From contig NC_089429.1 in the NCBI RefSeq assembly GCF_026210795.1, positions 4,898,001 to 4,962,000 of the forward strand: a stretch of 64,000 bases of DNA. The letters run 5' to 3'. The translations under genes were made by a program, and so were the position numbers. Below are positions 53,359 to 64,000 of the stretch, in pieces (position 1 is the stretch's first letter; each line of letters starts with the position of its first letter). Origin of the DNA: Rhizophagus irregularis. Lineage: Eukaryota. A model generated the notes under the pieces. That model was not told where the DNA came from. It was given only the letters and a program-made list of their open reading frames with translations, and made no database searches.

Positions 53359-53500
53359 ATGTCTTCGAAATTCTGGGCAGAGTTATCTAGCGATTACGAA
53401 AAACTTTTTGAAACAGAAACTGGATATGACGTTATTATCTATGCCGGAGAAGAACAAAATATTAAAGAAATTCATGCTCATTCAAATATTTTGTGTGCTT
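53359..53500 (+). pseudogene. 5' fragment of a different BTB gene family
   Basis: MSSKFWAELSSDYEKLFE...YDVIIYAGEE...EIHAHSNILC is a BTB N-terminus unlike the array genes; breaks off into A-rich sequence. Confidence 0.8.
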
Positions 53501-53846
53501 ATCATAAACAAAAAAAAAAAAAAAAATTTCGAAAAGATCGATACAAAAAGCCTTAAAAAGTTATCTTCGTTTCAATTTTAGTAAAGATATGAATTTTATA
53601 TACACAGTAAAATAAACTGTTTGTTTGAGGACACTATTAGACTAAAAAAAAATCTTTTACTTAACGAGTATTGTTAGTATTGTTACATTGGAGGCGCAGC
53701 AAAAATTTCAATGATATACCGTACGCACGTACGCCAAAACCTTTCCTTTTTTTCACAAGTTTTAGTGCAACATGGTACAAATCTAATTGTTAATATGTAT
53801 GTATGTTTTTTTTTTAAAAAAAAAATAAACTTCTTTTCCCTAAAAA

Positions 53847-55259
53847 ATGACGAAAGGATATTCATTAAAACAAGATTTGAGATTATTAATAAATAATCCA
53901 AAATATAGTGATATAGAAATTTTATGTGAAGATGAAAAGAAATTATATGGGTGTAGAGCAATTTTAGCAGCAAGATCCGAAGTATTTGATAGACTACTTT
54001 ATAATGAGATGAAAGAAAGTCATGAAACCCAAATTTCTTTTCCAAAAATTCATTCCAATGGAATGAAAATTATATTAGAATATATATATACGGGGTCAGT
54101 TAAAAAAGAATCTTTAACAAAAGATAATACGGTTGAAGCTTTTTATGCAGCAGATTATTTTCAATTACTTGAACTACAAGATTTTATTATAAAAATTATC
54201 AAAAATACTTTGGAGATGAATTATGCAAAAAATTATTCACCAGAATTATTATCTAAAGTTGCAGAAATAATACCATTAACAGAAGACAATATTCTTGCTA
54301 ATTTATTGGTCAAAGAGGTGGCATCTATTACATTAAATGATGTTAATTTTGATCGGTTGTCTATTGCAGGTCTTAAATATCTTTTATCTTTCACACGCGA
54401 GAAGAAAGATATACCCTTTGCAACTCGAGAGTATGAAGTTTTTCGGTATAGTGCAATCCTAGCAGCAAGACAAGTTTCTGATGATGCATATAGAACTCTT
54501 AAGAAAAAGCTACCAACTTTAAAACAAATGGAGAGTTGCTACGATATAGAATTTGAATTTTCTATCGATCATCAAAAAGTCACTAAAGAATTGGAGCCTT
54601 TTATTAAATTTATTGACTTTAATCAAATTAATGCTCAAACAATAGCTGATATTATCGAACCATTAAAAATTGTTCCAGACGAAATAATTTTTAGTGTTTA
54701 TCGACATAAAGCCCTATTAAATAATTTAGATTTGAATAATATTCGAGGAATACCAATTTATAGAATTAAAGAATCTGATCTTATTTGGGATGAGTCAGCA
54801 TGTGGACCAAAACTTATTATTGAGGATAATGGGAAAGTTGTACGTGCACCGAATGATCTTAATTCGCATCAAAATGTTAGAGCTAAAATGATATTAGAAA
54901 ATAAAGGTATATATGAATGGGATATAATATTTGAGAAAGTTGAAGTTGCTTGGGTTGGAGTATGTGCATCGGAAAATTTTAATTATGAAAAATATGCAGG
55001 AGATCAGCCTTCCGTTGTATGGGTAATTAGCACTGGTGGTAATTATAGAAATAAAAATTATTGTCCTAATTTTGGAAATGATGCAAAAATCACTGTTCAT
55101 TTAGACATGAATAAAAGAGCTTGTACTTTTACAATCAATGGTATAAAGTATCTGGAGACATTAGAACATGATGGCTTGCCAGAAAAACTTTATCCAGTAG
55201 TGTCATTGTCTCGTCCTGGGCGCATTCGAATTCAGGCTCATCAAAAAAATTTAATATAG
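53847..55259 (+). CDS. Divergent BTB/POZ + helical + SPRY protein, 470 aa
   Basis: Intact ORF; most divergent array member, especially in the C-terminal half. Confidence 0.95.
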   Translation: MTKGYSLKQDLRLLINNPKYSDIEILCEDEKKLYGCRAILAARSEVFDRLLYNEMKESHETQISFPKIHSNGMKIILEYIYTGSVKKESLTKDNTVEAFYAADYFQLLELQDFIIKIIKNTLEMNYAKNYSPELLSKVAEIIPLTEDNILANLLVKEVASITLNDVNFDRLSIAGLKYLLSFTREKKDIPFATREYEVFRYSAILAARQVSDDAYRTLKKKLPTLKQMESCYDIEFEFSIDHQKVTKELEPFIKFIDFNQINAQTIADIIEPLKIVPDEIIFSVYRHKALLNNLDLNNIRGIPIYRIKESDLIWDESACGPKLIIEDNGKVVRAPNDLNSHQNVRAKMILENKGIYEWDIIFEKVEVAWVGVCASENFNYEKYAGDQPSVVWVISTGGNYRNKNYCPNFGNDAKITVHLDMNKRACTFTINGIKYLETLEHDGLPEKLYPVVSLSRPGRIRIQAHQKNLI

Positions 55260-57149
55260 TAAAAAGAAAGTTTGAAAATGTTATTATAATGAAGATAGCT
55301 TGATAAAGGTTATAATATAGCAGTTTTGATTATTTTGGATAAACTCTTAATAGAAACTATCAATCAAGTCATATTACTGTGCGAAAAAAATATATTTATT
55401 CCTATTTTTTGAATTTATGTCACTTATGCTAGTAAGATTAAACGAAATTGAAATTACAAATATGAATTACTGTATTTATGTCTGGTAATATAATGGTGAT
55501 AAAATTAGAGATTAGCAAGTATGATTCTTTGCATCTTTAACAATATAAAAAGACCAGACAAAGAGTGTATTACTAGAAGTAAATATTTTGTTTTGAGAGT
55601 TTAAGACAGCCAAAAAAATACTTTGCACTCATAATAAAATATAATGAAAGTAATTTATTTTTAAGGACTTTTTTATCCTTGTGTTTTTTTGAATATTTAA
55701 TCGCTTTCACATTATAAATATATCTTTTTTTATAAAACTTTCAGTTCTGGAAACCTTTATTTTTTTGGTTATGTTATTGACCATTTGGTCGATAATTCCT
55801 GAATAGGCTTTAGAAGTTTTGAAGTGGAAGATGCGACATTATTAAAATATCATAATAAGAGATGGCGACTTTCAATATAGATTATATCAGGCTTAGACAT
55901 TAAACTAAGATTTATAGAATTATAATTACAATCTTTGTCTGTTGTTACATACTCAGCGAGTCATTTAGAGTTAATTGACAATATCAACAATTTCCCTAGA
56001 AATATTAAAATATTAAAATCTCAAAATCTCAGTTTGCGAACGATGAAATTTATTTTTTTTTTTTACTGATCTTAAACTAGCCTATATTTAAAGGATGAAA
56101 CTAGTTGAAATGATTTAATTCGAATAATAATTTTTTATTTTTAAAAATGTAGCGGTTAATTCAATCTTTGTTTTACGACATGGTTCAGTTGGTGGTGACA
56201 ACTTTCAGAATCGACTATGGAAACTTTCTATCTGAGCTTCAATCATTATTTGATTTTATTAATCATGTATAACTAGAGATTCAAAAAAATAAAATAAAGA
56301 TAAAAGATCAAATTAAATACATATTTTGTTCCCTATGACTCTCATAACTCATTTTATGCATGCTAAGTGGAATGATATTCTCTATTTCTTATAAATCACA
56401 TGAAATTAGATTATTTTTTAGTTTTTGCTAAATAAATTCACCTACTTTTATCAATATCTGATATAATTCTGTCGAAATATACTTATGGTTGCGACGGAAT
56501 TTGTCACAATGCTGTAATGCTGCAACTTTTTATAACGAATGCTGTAACCGTAGAAACTGTCTTATTATTTAAACAAGACTAATGCCGTAATTATTACCCT
56601 TGAATCCTGATTTCGTGATGATAAATATTAAGTAAAATTATAATAATTCAATTTTCGGATGCTCAGGTATGTCATTGATAGTGGCTAGCATTGTATAATA
56701 TATCTGCTGCCTGCTGCAAAACAGACTGATTTTTTTAAGTCTTTCAAAATATTCATCTTATAACAGGAATATTTGTATAAATTTGAAATTTATTCTAATT
56801 AAATGAGATTTCACATTTTGAGATTCGGGATAACATTTAAAGCTATGGAAATAAATTAAAGAAAGAGACTTTACTGTTTCCAAAATATAAGTATTGATGC
56901 AATTAATATTTAAAGAACTTTGTAAATTGGCAATAAAAGTATAAATCAACTATTTGATTGAGTTCAAATTATAAACTTGGATGTATTCAATTACATAATT
57001 CTATTAAACTCTAATTAATTCTATCATTACAAAAGTTAAACATTATATAGACTTTATAAAAATTCATTCTATCATTTATTGGTATAAACTTTTAATTTTA
57101 AAATAATCGCTTACCGAGGTTAAAACATTGCTATCGATAAATATTAAGA

Positions 57150-57860
57150 GGATATTTGTTAGAACAAGATTAAAACCAAAGTATAGTGGTATAGAAATTT
57201 TATACTGAGATTACAAATTAAGATCTTTAGTATATTATTCTTTTTTGGAAAAAAATGAAAAAAATAACAATTAATATTTTTGAACGGAAATTATATTAGA
57301 ATACGTTCATACAGGGCCTATTAAAGAAACTCTTCAACAAATGTTAGAAGTTCTTAATTTATCGGTTGAAGAAGTAGTAGATATTAGTTTTGAGATAAGG
57401 ATGTTCCAAACTGCGAAGCGGCTTGGATGATATTTCAATATATATATCCGATAATTGTGTTATTATGTAGACGTCCAAGATCATACTTCATATATGTAAG
57501 AATAATTAAACTCAATAGGCTACCTTATTGTAGTAACAGAGTAATCTTATCTATAAAATTTAATATTTAATATAAATGACGTAATGTATCAAAAAAATAT
57601 CTCAAATATATTGATGCAATAATAATTATTTGTACCTGATGACTATTTGGCTTCATAATAACAATTACTTAATTAAATAATAATTTTGAATTTAGGCGAT
57701 TGCCCATCGAACCTTTTGATATTTTTTAAGTAAACTAAATATTTATTATCGATTATTATCGATCAAAAAATTTGCTAATTAAATAAAACCCTTATGTAAT
57801 TACAGTGTGTAATTATGTTTGGAATGAATCTATTATTAAAGATAGCGCGAAAGGTGTAGT
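57150..57860 (+). pseudogene. Ancient BTB-SPRY relic (paralog of the 52700 relic)
   Basis: TTAGAACAAGATTAAAACCAAAGTATAGTGGTATAGAAATTTTA, GAAATTATATTAGAATAC, AATTATGTTTGGAATGAATC in order. Confidence 0.65.
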
Positions 57861-58069
57861 ATGTCACCTTTATTTAGCTCTCTTTTAGTATTTTTAGTAT
57901 ACTAAATGGTATTGAAGAAATAAATATTTTAAACGCTTAATTCTAATAAATAAATGTAATAATAAATTAAATACATAAATCATGCATTATAAACAAAAAA
58001 AATTATTTTTTGAAAAGATCGATATAAAAAGTTTCAAGTTTAATCGCGCTATAATTTTTTAATTATATA

Positions 58070-58253
58070 CAGTCAAACCTTTATATAACGATATGTCGGG
58101 ACATATATGAAATTTTTAGAAAATATCGTTATATCAAAGTTATACCGATATTTATATGTCCTCACATATAGTGGGAAAATAAAATTTTATCGGTATATCA
58201 AGTTTTTAATAGTATATCGGTATATCGAATATCGGTATATCGAGGTTAGACTG
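58070..58253. mobile_element. Tc1/pogo-like MITE
   Basis: TA|CAGTCAAACCTTTATATAACGATAT ... ATATCGGTATATCGAGGTTAGACTG|TA. Confidence 0.85.
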
Positions 58254-58397
58254 TATACAGCAAATAAATTAAAACGGTCCTAAACATTGTTTGAGAATAA
58301 CATTAAGTAATTTCATTCAATTCAATATAGTATTAATCAATAAACTTTTGTCTGACGTTGGAGGCGCAGCGAAAAATTTAATGATATACTTGTACGT

Positions 58398-59052
58398 TGT
58401 AAGACCTAAGCCCGTGATAAATCACGTTGCCACCTTAGGTATTAACAAAATATCTCTTTATTAATAATATAAATAAATACAATAATATGCTTGGTTTAAT
58501 AACATTAAATAACAAATAAATAATTCATCATCGATATTTGTTCAAGAATGTCCTTCTCCAAAGGTGATCTTCACGCCCTTTTATAATTGTTTTTGTGTAA
58601 CCAAATTCATAATTTTGATTCATGGATTTAAATTATCAAAGTATTTCCATGATTTTAAAGTATTTCCATTATCTTAACTCTGTATCCATCTGATCGTCAT
58701 TAACTCCTGAATTATGATTTATAATACTAACGTCATGATCAGCAATTTAGTCATTTGACACCTCAGATCACTTGACTTCATTTAATTTAGCATCTTTCGG
58801 ACCTTTATTTATCCTTAAATCTCGTGACTAATAGTTTAATGTCATCTCGGACCAATTATCCTTGAATCACCTGCTCAATAGTTTAACGACTTTTCGGTCT
58901 AATTATCCTGATTCTCATGACTAATAGTTTAACGACTTTTCGGTCTAATTATTAATACAACTAAAAATAAATTAAAATTTCTATACACTAAGATTAAATG
59001 TAATACTGCGCCTCACAATTAATAAATTTACTATGTATACTACGGCATTACA
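58398..59052 (-). repeat. 3' LTR (655 bp) of Ty3/Gypsy element
   Basis: TGTAA...TTACA termini; purine tract GCGGGGGATAGT immediately precedes it on the minus strand (59053-59064). Confidence 0.88.
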
Positions 59053-59374
59053 ACTATCCCCCGCATGAAAATTTAATGCCCTCATTAAATTTATTCTAAG
59101 AATCGAACTCGTGTCTCGAAGTGGTAGGTGCGAATTATACCACTAAATCAAGCATGCGTTGTTACTTGACTGCGTCCTGCGGCTGTTCCCGTGGTTTGTC
59201 ATGTGTTCTTTTGAATTTCACGGTTTTCTTGTACCGGATTTCACTTAGGTCTTTCTTTGGAATTTTTCATTAGTTTTTCCTACTTTTCCAGAATTATTTT
59301 TATGTCATGTGATTTTATTTCACATGATTATAAAATTATCTTTATTTTTCTAAGTCCATTGATGATGGTTATCA

Positions 59375-60019
59375 TTTACTCATCGGTGTATGGTAAGTCT
59401 TTAATAATTCTCCATTTACAGGTGTTTTCTTGATTACACCCTTAATATCTTTAATTTTGTAGGCTCCGTTTGGTAGTATTTCATGAATGTAAAATGGTCC
59501 CAATCATTTTGATTCCAATTTTCCAGATAATTGTTGTGCTTTGGCTTTATCATAAAGTAATATTTTATCTCCAATTCCAAAGGTATGTTCTTTAATTATT
59601 TTTCTGTCATGATACTCTTTTTGTTTTATTTGAGATTTTAATATTTGTTCTTTGGCTTCATATCGGATTTTTGGTAATTCTTCTAATAATCCAACTATTC
59701 TATCACTTAGGTTGATTCCTTTGATATTTTCATCCATTATTGTCCGTACATTTCTTCCATATATTAAATAAAATGGTCGAATTCTTGTTGAACTGTGCTT
59801 TTTATTCCTATAGGCGAATAATATGGGTGCTATCTTTTGATCCCAATCATCCTTAGTTGATAATTTTGCTAATGCTTGACCTAATGTTCGATTGAATCTT
59901 TCAACCAATCCGTTTGTCTCCGGATGATAACTTGTAGAAAAATTCCATTTAATTTTGAATTTTTCCATTAGTTCTTTAATCATTTCATTATTGAAATGAC
60001 TTCCTCTATCACTCAATAT
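59375..60019 (-). pseudogene. Integrase C-terminal part (core + GPY/F module)
   Basis: ILSDRGSHF, YHPETNGLVERFNRTL; continues past TGA (59504) as K*LGPFYIHEILPNGAYKI. Confidence 0.9.
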
Positions 60020-60307
60020 TTTCATCCACCTCTTTTCTAATGAATTTACCTTTTTCATCGTTTTCTTTGTACCTCTTTTGAGCTATTGGTTCAGTGCCTT
60101 CCTTTAATCTTATCTCATGTTTCACCAGATTTGTCCTGTTATATTTTTCACCATCGTACTCAAATATATCCTTATATTTTTCTACTAATACTTTTAATTT
60201 ACCTTTTTGTTCATTGGTTATATCCCCTACTTTAAATTTTTCAGTAAATTTTTCATGATCGTTTATATGCTTCTTTATCGTCTCTTCAGTATCATTCTGA
60301 CCAAGAC

Positions 60308-60847
60308 TTATACTTTAAAATTTTCATTTTCATAATTCTCATAATCATCTTCATATATGTTGTATAATTCATCTTGGTATAATTCATCTAATAATTCATC
60401 CTCAATTAATGTCTCTTCAAATCCTTTGATGGTCTTTTGTATATATTTTACTGGTACATCCATGGTTTCATTATCCATTTTAAGTATTATTGTTTTATCT
60501 GTGTAATCTATATTCGCCTTAAACATATCTAATACTCCATTCCCTAACACAATTTCATTCTTTCCAGAATCAATTACTTCGACCTTAATGGGTACCTCCT
60601 TATCCCCAAACTGTATGTATATTGTTGTGGTACCTCTTGATGCTACTTTATCCTCATTTATCATTACGCATCTTACTGTGCTTGGTTCTTCAATTCTTAG
60701 GTCCATTTCATCCATTATTTGACTAGTTATTACATTTACTGCTGCCCCTGTATCAAACATTACATCCTTCAATTCTTGATTTATTATTAATTTACCCCTT
60801 AATGCTGTCAAATGTTCGGCTTCAATGTTATTTATTGGTTCCTGTAG
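60308..60847 (-). pseudogene. Retroviral-type aspartic protease region of pol
   Basis: VMFDTGAAVNVI active site and IVLGN motif; in frame with the preceding ORF across a TGA. Confidence 0.88.
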
Positions 60848-61225
60848 TCAATCTACTTGTGGATATCTTCTCATACCGTCATAATATATTTTCCTTTGTT
60901 CTGGGCTTATATCTATAATTTGTGAAAAAGTTGCATTTGCTCTGGTATTTTTCATATCCTGTAATACGTTATATTTTGGTACATTTCTTTGAAATGCGCT
61001 TGTCCTATGAATACCTTCAACACGTTCATTTTTACATTCTGATGCATAGTGACCTTTTTGTCCACAATTTCCACATGTATTATTATTTCTTTTTGTTTCC
61101 TGAGCTTTTCTCAAACTCTCACTAGTAAATCCCCTTTTTGGTAATGCTGCTGCCTTATCCTGTTGACTGGCATATTTATCATTTCTTCTACGTGCTTGTT
61201 CTTGGTCATTTTCCATATCTATATC
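60848..61225 (-). pseudogene. Gag C-terminal segment with second CCHC zinc knuckle
   Basis: CGNCGQKGHYASEC; same frame as the 923-aa ORF, separated by one TGA. Confidence 0.8.
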
Positions 61226-63997
61226 TCAATCACTTGATCTATTTTTTATATTACTCCTTGTTTGTCTTGGAGTATCATAAAAATCTCGGTCAACATGGTT
61301 AAATATTACATCATTGTTTTGGTAATATGGGTCACCATAATTGTATTCTTGGTCATAATCGTCTTGATAATCTTGGCTATCGTAATCGTATTGGTCATTG
61401 TAATCATTATAGTTATCAAATTCCATCGTATTAAATCCTCGATTATTATTTTGGTAATTTGGTTGTCTGTTATAATTATTTGATCTTCCATTGTAATTGT
61501 TTGGTCCTTTATTATAATTTTGGTTGTTTGGTCTTCTATAGTTTGCTTGACCATTATTTACTCTACAATCCCTTGCATAATGTCCTGGTTGTTGACATTT
61601 ATAACATACTCGCAATGGTTGTCCTTGTCTATTGTTATTCGGTGGTCTCCTTTGTCCACTAAGTTGGTTTGTCAATTTTACCTCTAATTTTTTAAACATC
61701 TCGGTAAGGTCATCCTCGTAATTTTTCTCCAATGGTTTTTCAAATATATTCTTTGGCTTGTCATCCTGTATATCAATTCCTTTTCTTTGGGTACTAACTG
61801 GTATATTGAGTGTTTTTCTCATTAATTCATTAGTAGCTTCCTCCTCTCTTCTTGCTGTATTCACTGCATCATTTAAATTTGCTGGGTTTTGTCTTCTGAC
61901 TTGATACCCCAATACTGGTGTTAATCCTTCGATATAATTATCCACTTGTAATTCTTCATCTAATGCATGGCCTCTGGTAGCTATCCTTAATATTTGTCTA
62001 AACCTTATCGTATATGCCTCAACATTTTCATTTACTCCTTGTGTTATTTTCCTTAGTTCTAACATTTTCCTTTTTCTAACATCTTCCCTGGTAAATCTTT
62101 GTTTAACCCTATGTTTTAAATCATTATCATTATCGTTATCTTGCCAATTTACCAAATGACCATTGTTTGCTTCCTTCTTTTCATTATACCATTGTGCTGC
62201 TGCACCTTTCAAACAGGTAGCTGCCATTGCTGCTTGTCTAGCTCCATTTACTCCTGCTGCTTTTCCTATAGCAGTAAATGCTGTTTCGAATTGTCTTACC
62301 CAATCATTAACATCTTCTTCTTCCTTTCCGTAAAAATGTGGTAAACTGATTATTCCTCCAGCTGCATTTCCTGCATCTTCAATTGCGTTAGCTACTGGAT
62401 TGGCTTGGATTAATCCAGCCCAATTGTTCCCTATATCATGTCCCCATACTGCTTGTAAAGCTGCTCTAACATCTTCCCTTACTTCAGCTCTTGTTGCTCC
62501 CATAATTATTGGTACTATTGGTGGAACTGGTGGTATCGGTGGTATTAAAGGTGTTTCAAATAAATTTTCTATATTATAATCGGATATTTCGCTTTTATCC
62601 TCAGAATTTGATTCTGAACTTTCACTTGAGTCGAAACCAGGTCTATTTATAATGTTTTCTTCATAAGGTTCTTCAAAATTTTCATTGTTATCAGTATCAT
62701 TTGGATTTAAAATTTCTCCATCTTTTCCAGATCCATCCAATTCTTTTTCAAATCCATCAGATTTTTCATTATCAGATTCATTTCCGCTGCTTTCACTATC
62801 CTCAATTCTAGCTTGCTGTTTTAGAAATTTATCTAATATCCGCCTTAAATTTTTCTCCATTTCATTTTTATTTCCTTGGAATATTTTAATAAATTCTTGA
62901 TCCAATATTTCTCCATCAGTATATCCCATACTGATTAACCTCAATAACTCTCCACTAGTTATTTCTATTTTATTATCGTCACATATTTGTTTTAATCTTT
63001 TAATCCTGATATCAATTTCATTTCCGTCATTTTCACAATCCCTACACTTGGTTTTTCCTTCGTCAAATTTATTGTTTATCCATCTTATTCCACATTCATC
63101 ACAAAATGTGGTATTTTCATTTATCCATTCATATAATTTTTTCCTTAATTCTTTGTTATCTGAATCAATTTCCTGGAAATATTTTTCCATAAATTCCGTT
63201 GTTAATATTACACTATTGCTTATCCTGAATTCTCTCATTCTTTCTATTTCTGACATATTTAATTCGTATCCCAGTTTTTCTAAGTCATCCTTTAATTCTG
63301 ATAATTCTTTTTGTTCACAAATTTTACATTGTCCAATATCTGCTATCATATCAGGTAACTTTCTATTTCTACAACTTCCACATCTTAATGTTTCTTTTGT
63401 TAACCATTCATTTATTTCATCTTTTAATTTTTCATCACTTAGTCCCATTAATTCGAAAAATGTACCTAAAAAGTCTTCTGTTAATATCAATTCTATCCTT
63501 ATCCCTAGGTCCCACATTCTTTGTATATCTTTGTCAGTGAACCTTCCACCCATTTCTTCAATTTTTCTTTTTAATAATTCCACTGTCCATTCGACATTGT
63601 CCTCTATTTTTACTTCATAATGTATACTACCATCACTGTATTCTAATTCATAACTTTCAGGACTATCACTTTCTGGGTCCTCGGGTTCTCTTGTAAATTG
63701 TTTGGTGTCAATAAATCTTTGTCTTACTTTTGATACATATCTCTTCCATGTATTCTCTCCTTCTTGAGTGAATACATCACATCTATTCTGATATTCTATC
63801 TGGATTAATAATTCATTTACCTCTGTCCACAACAGATTTTCTGTTTCTTCATATAATAAATCCCTGAATAACTTTATTGTTAACTTCTTAACATGTATTG
63901 CTTTCATTTCATTTTCCAATATCGTGTTGTACCAATCCCAAAACTTTTGAAATCTATTTTCAACATCCCAATCTTCTAAAATGTATCCATGTTCCAT
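61226..63997 (-). CDS. gag: Gag-like polyprotein with long N-terminal extension (may start outside the window)
   Basis: Retrotransposon gag core (LPHFYG...DWVRQFE...LKGAAAQWY...ITQGVNENVEAY) and CYKCQQPGHYARDC knuckle, preceded by ~500 aa of repeats and an acidic linker. Confidence 0.9.
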   Translation of the reverse strand: MEHGYILEDWDVENRFQKFWDWYNTILENEMKAIHVKKLTIKLFRDLLYEETENLLWTEVNELLIQIEYQNRCDVFTQEGENTWKRYVSKVRQRFIDTKQFTREPEDPESDSPESYELEYSDGSIHYEVKIEDNVEWTVELLKRKIEEMGGRFTDKDIQRMWDLGIRIELILTEDFLGTFFELMGLSDEKLKDEINEWLTKETLRCGSCRNRKLPDMIADIGQCKICEQKELSELKDDLEKLGYELNMSEIERMREFRISNSVILTTEFMEKYFQEIDSDNKELRKKLYEWINENTTFCDECGIRWINNKFDEGKTKCRDCENDGNEIDIRIKRLKQICDDNKIEITSGELLRLISMGYTDGEILDQEFIKIFQGNKNEMEKNLRRILDKFLKQQARIEDSESSGNESDNEKSDGFEKELDGSGKDGEILNPNDTDNNENFEEPYEENIINRPGFDSSESSESNSEDKSEISDYNIENLFETPLIPPIPPVPPIVPIIMGATRAEVREDVRAALQAVWGHDIGNNWAGLIQANPVANAIEDAGNAAGGIISLPHFYGKEEEDVNDWVRQFETAFTAIGKAAGVNGARQAAMAATCLKGAAAQWYNEKKEANNGHLVNWQDNDNDNDLKHRVKQRFTREDVRKRKMLELRKITQGVNENVEAYTIRFRQILRIATRGHALDEELQVDNYIEGLTPVLGYQVRRQNPANLNDAVNTARREEEATNELMRKTLNIPVSTQRKGIDIQDDKPKNIFEKPLEKNYEDDLTEMFKKLEVKLTNQLSGQRRPPNNNRQGQPLRVCYKCQQPGHYARDCRVNNGQANYRRPNNQNYNKGPNNYNGRSNNYNRQPNYQNNNRGFNTMEFDNYNDYNDQYDYDSQDYQDDYDQEYNYGDPYYQNNDVIFNHVDRDFYDTPRQTRSNIKNRSSD

Positions 63998-64000
63998 TAT

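Larger units (their letters stand above)
58398..64000 (-). mobile_element. Defective Ty3/Gypsy LTR retrotransposon (RT/RNase H deleted), extends beyond window
   Basis: Order gag - zinc knuckles - protease - RT start - integrase core - PPT - LTR. Confidence 0.93.

Noticed and set aside
17500..55100. Short antisense ORFs overlapping the BTB-SPRY genes
   Set aside because: Shadow frames that recur only because the sense genes are paralogous.
60305..60330. Programmed -1 frameshift at A-AAT-TTT between protease and RT
   Set aside because: The -1 frame hits TAA immediately after the heptamer; a 1-bp deletion in a decayed element is simpler.
60922..63620. Plus-strand ORFs within the Gypsy element
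   Set aside because: Antisense shadows of gag with no independent motifs.

Overview
Very AT-rich eukaryotic DNA. The BTB-domain gene expansion, the HRDLHSGN-type kinase and the TE repertoire point to an arbuscular mycorrhizal fungus (Glomeromycota, Rhizophagus-like); this is an inference. The main feature is a head-to-tail (+ strand) array of single-ORF BTB/POZ-helical-SPRY(B30.2-like) genes: five intact copies, one 5'-truncated copy, one full-length pseudogene and several relics. Their BTB halves are nearly invariant, while the SPRY loops are hypervariable and appear shuffled between paralogs. This suggests a diversifying repertoire of Cullin3 substrate receptors, possibly for non-self recognition. 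The array is interleaved with a non-autonomous Helitron (empty site visible in a paralog), older Helitron ends, many MITEs (PIF/Harbinger-, hAT-, Tc1/pogo-, CACTA-like), two 5'-truncated LINE tails, an ~82-bp satellite, a palindromic minisatellite, an aldo/keto-reductase pseudogene and a multi-exon kinase gene. At the right end lies an RT-deleted Ty3/Gypsy element with an unusual long Gag N-terminal extension, inserted in the conserved upstream motif of the BTB-SPRY family. All alignments were done by eye and boundaries marked approximate may be off by tens of bases.
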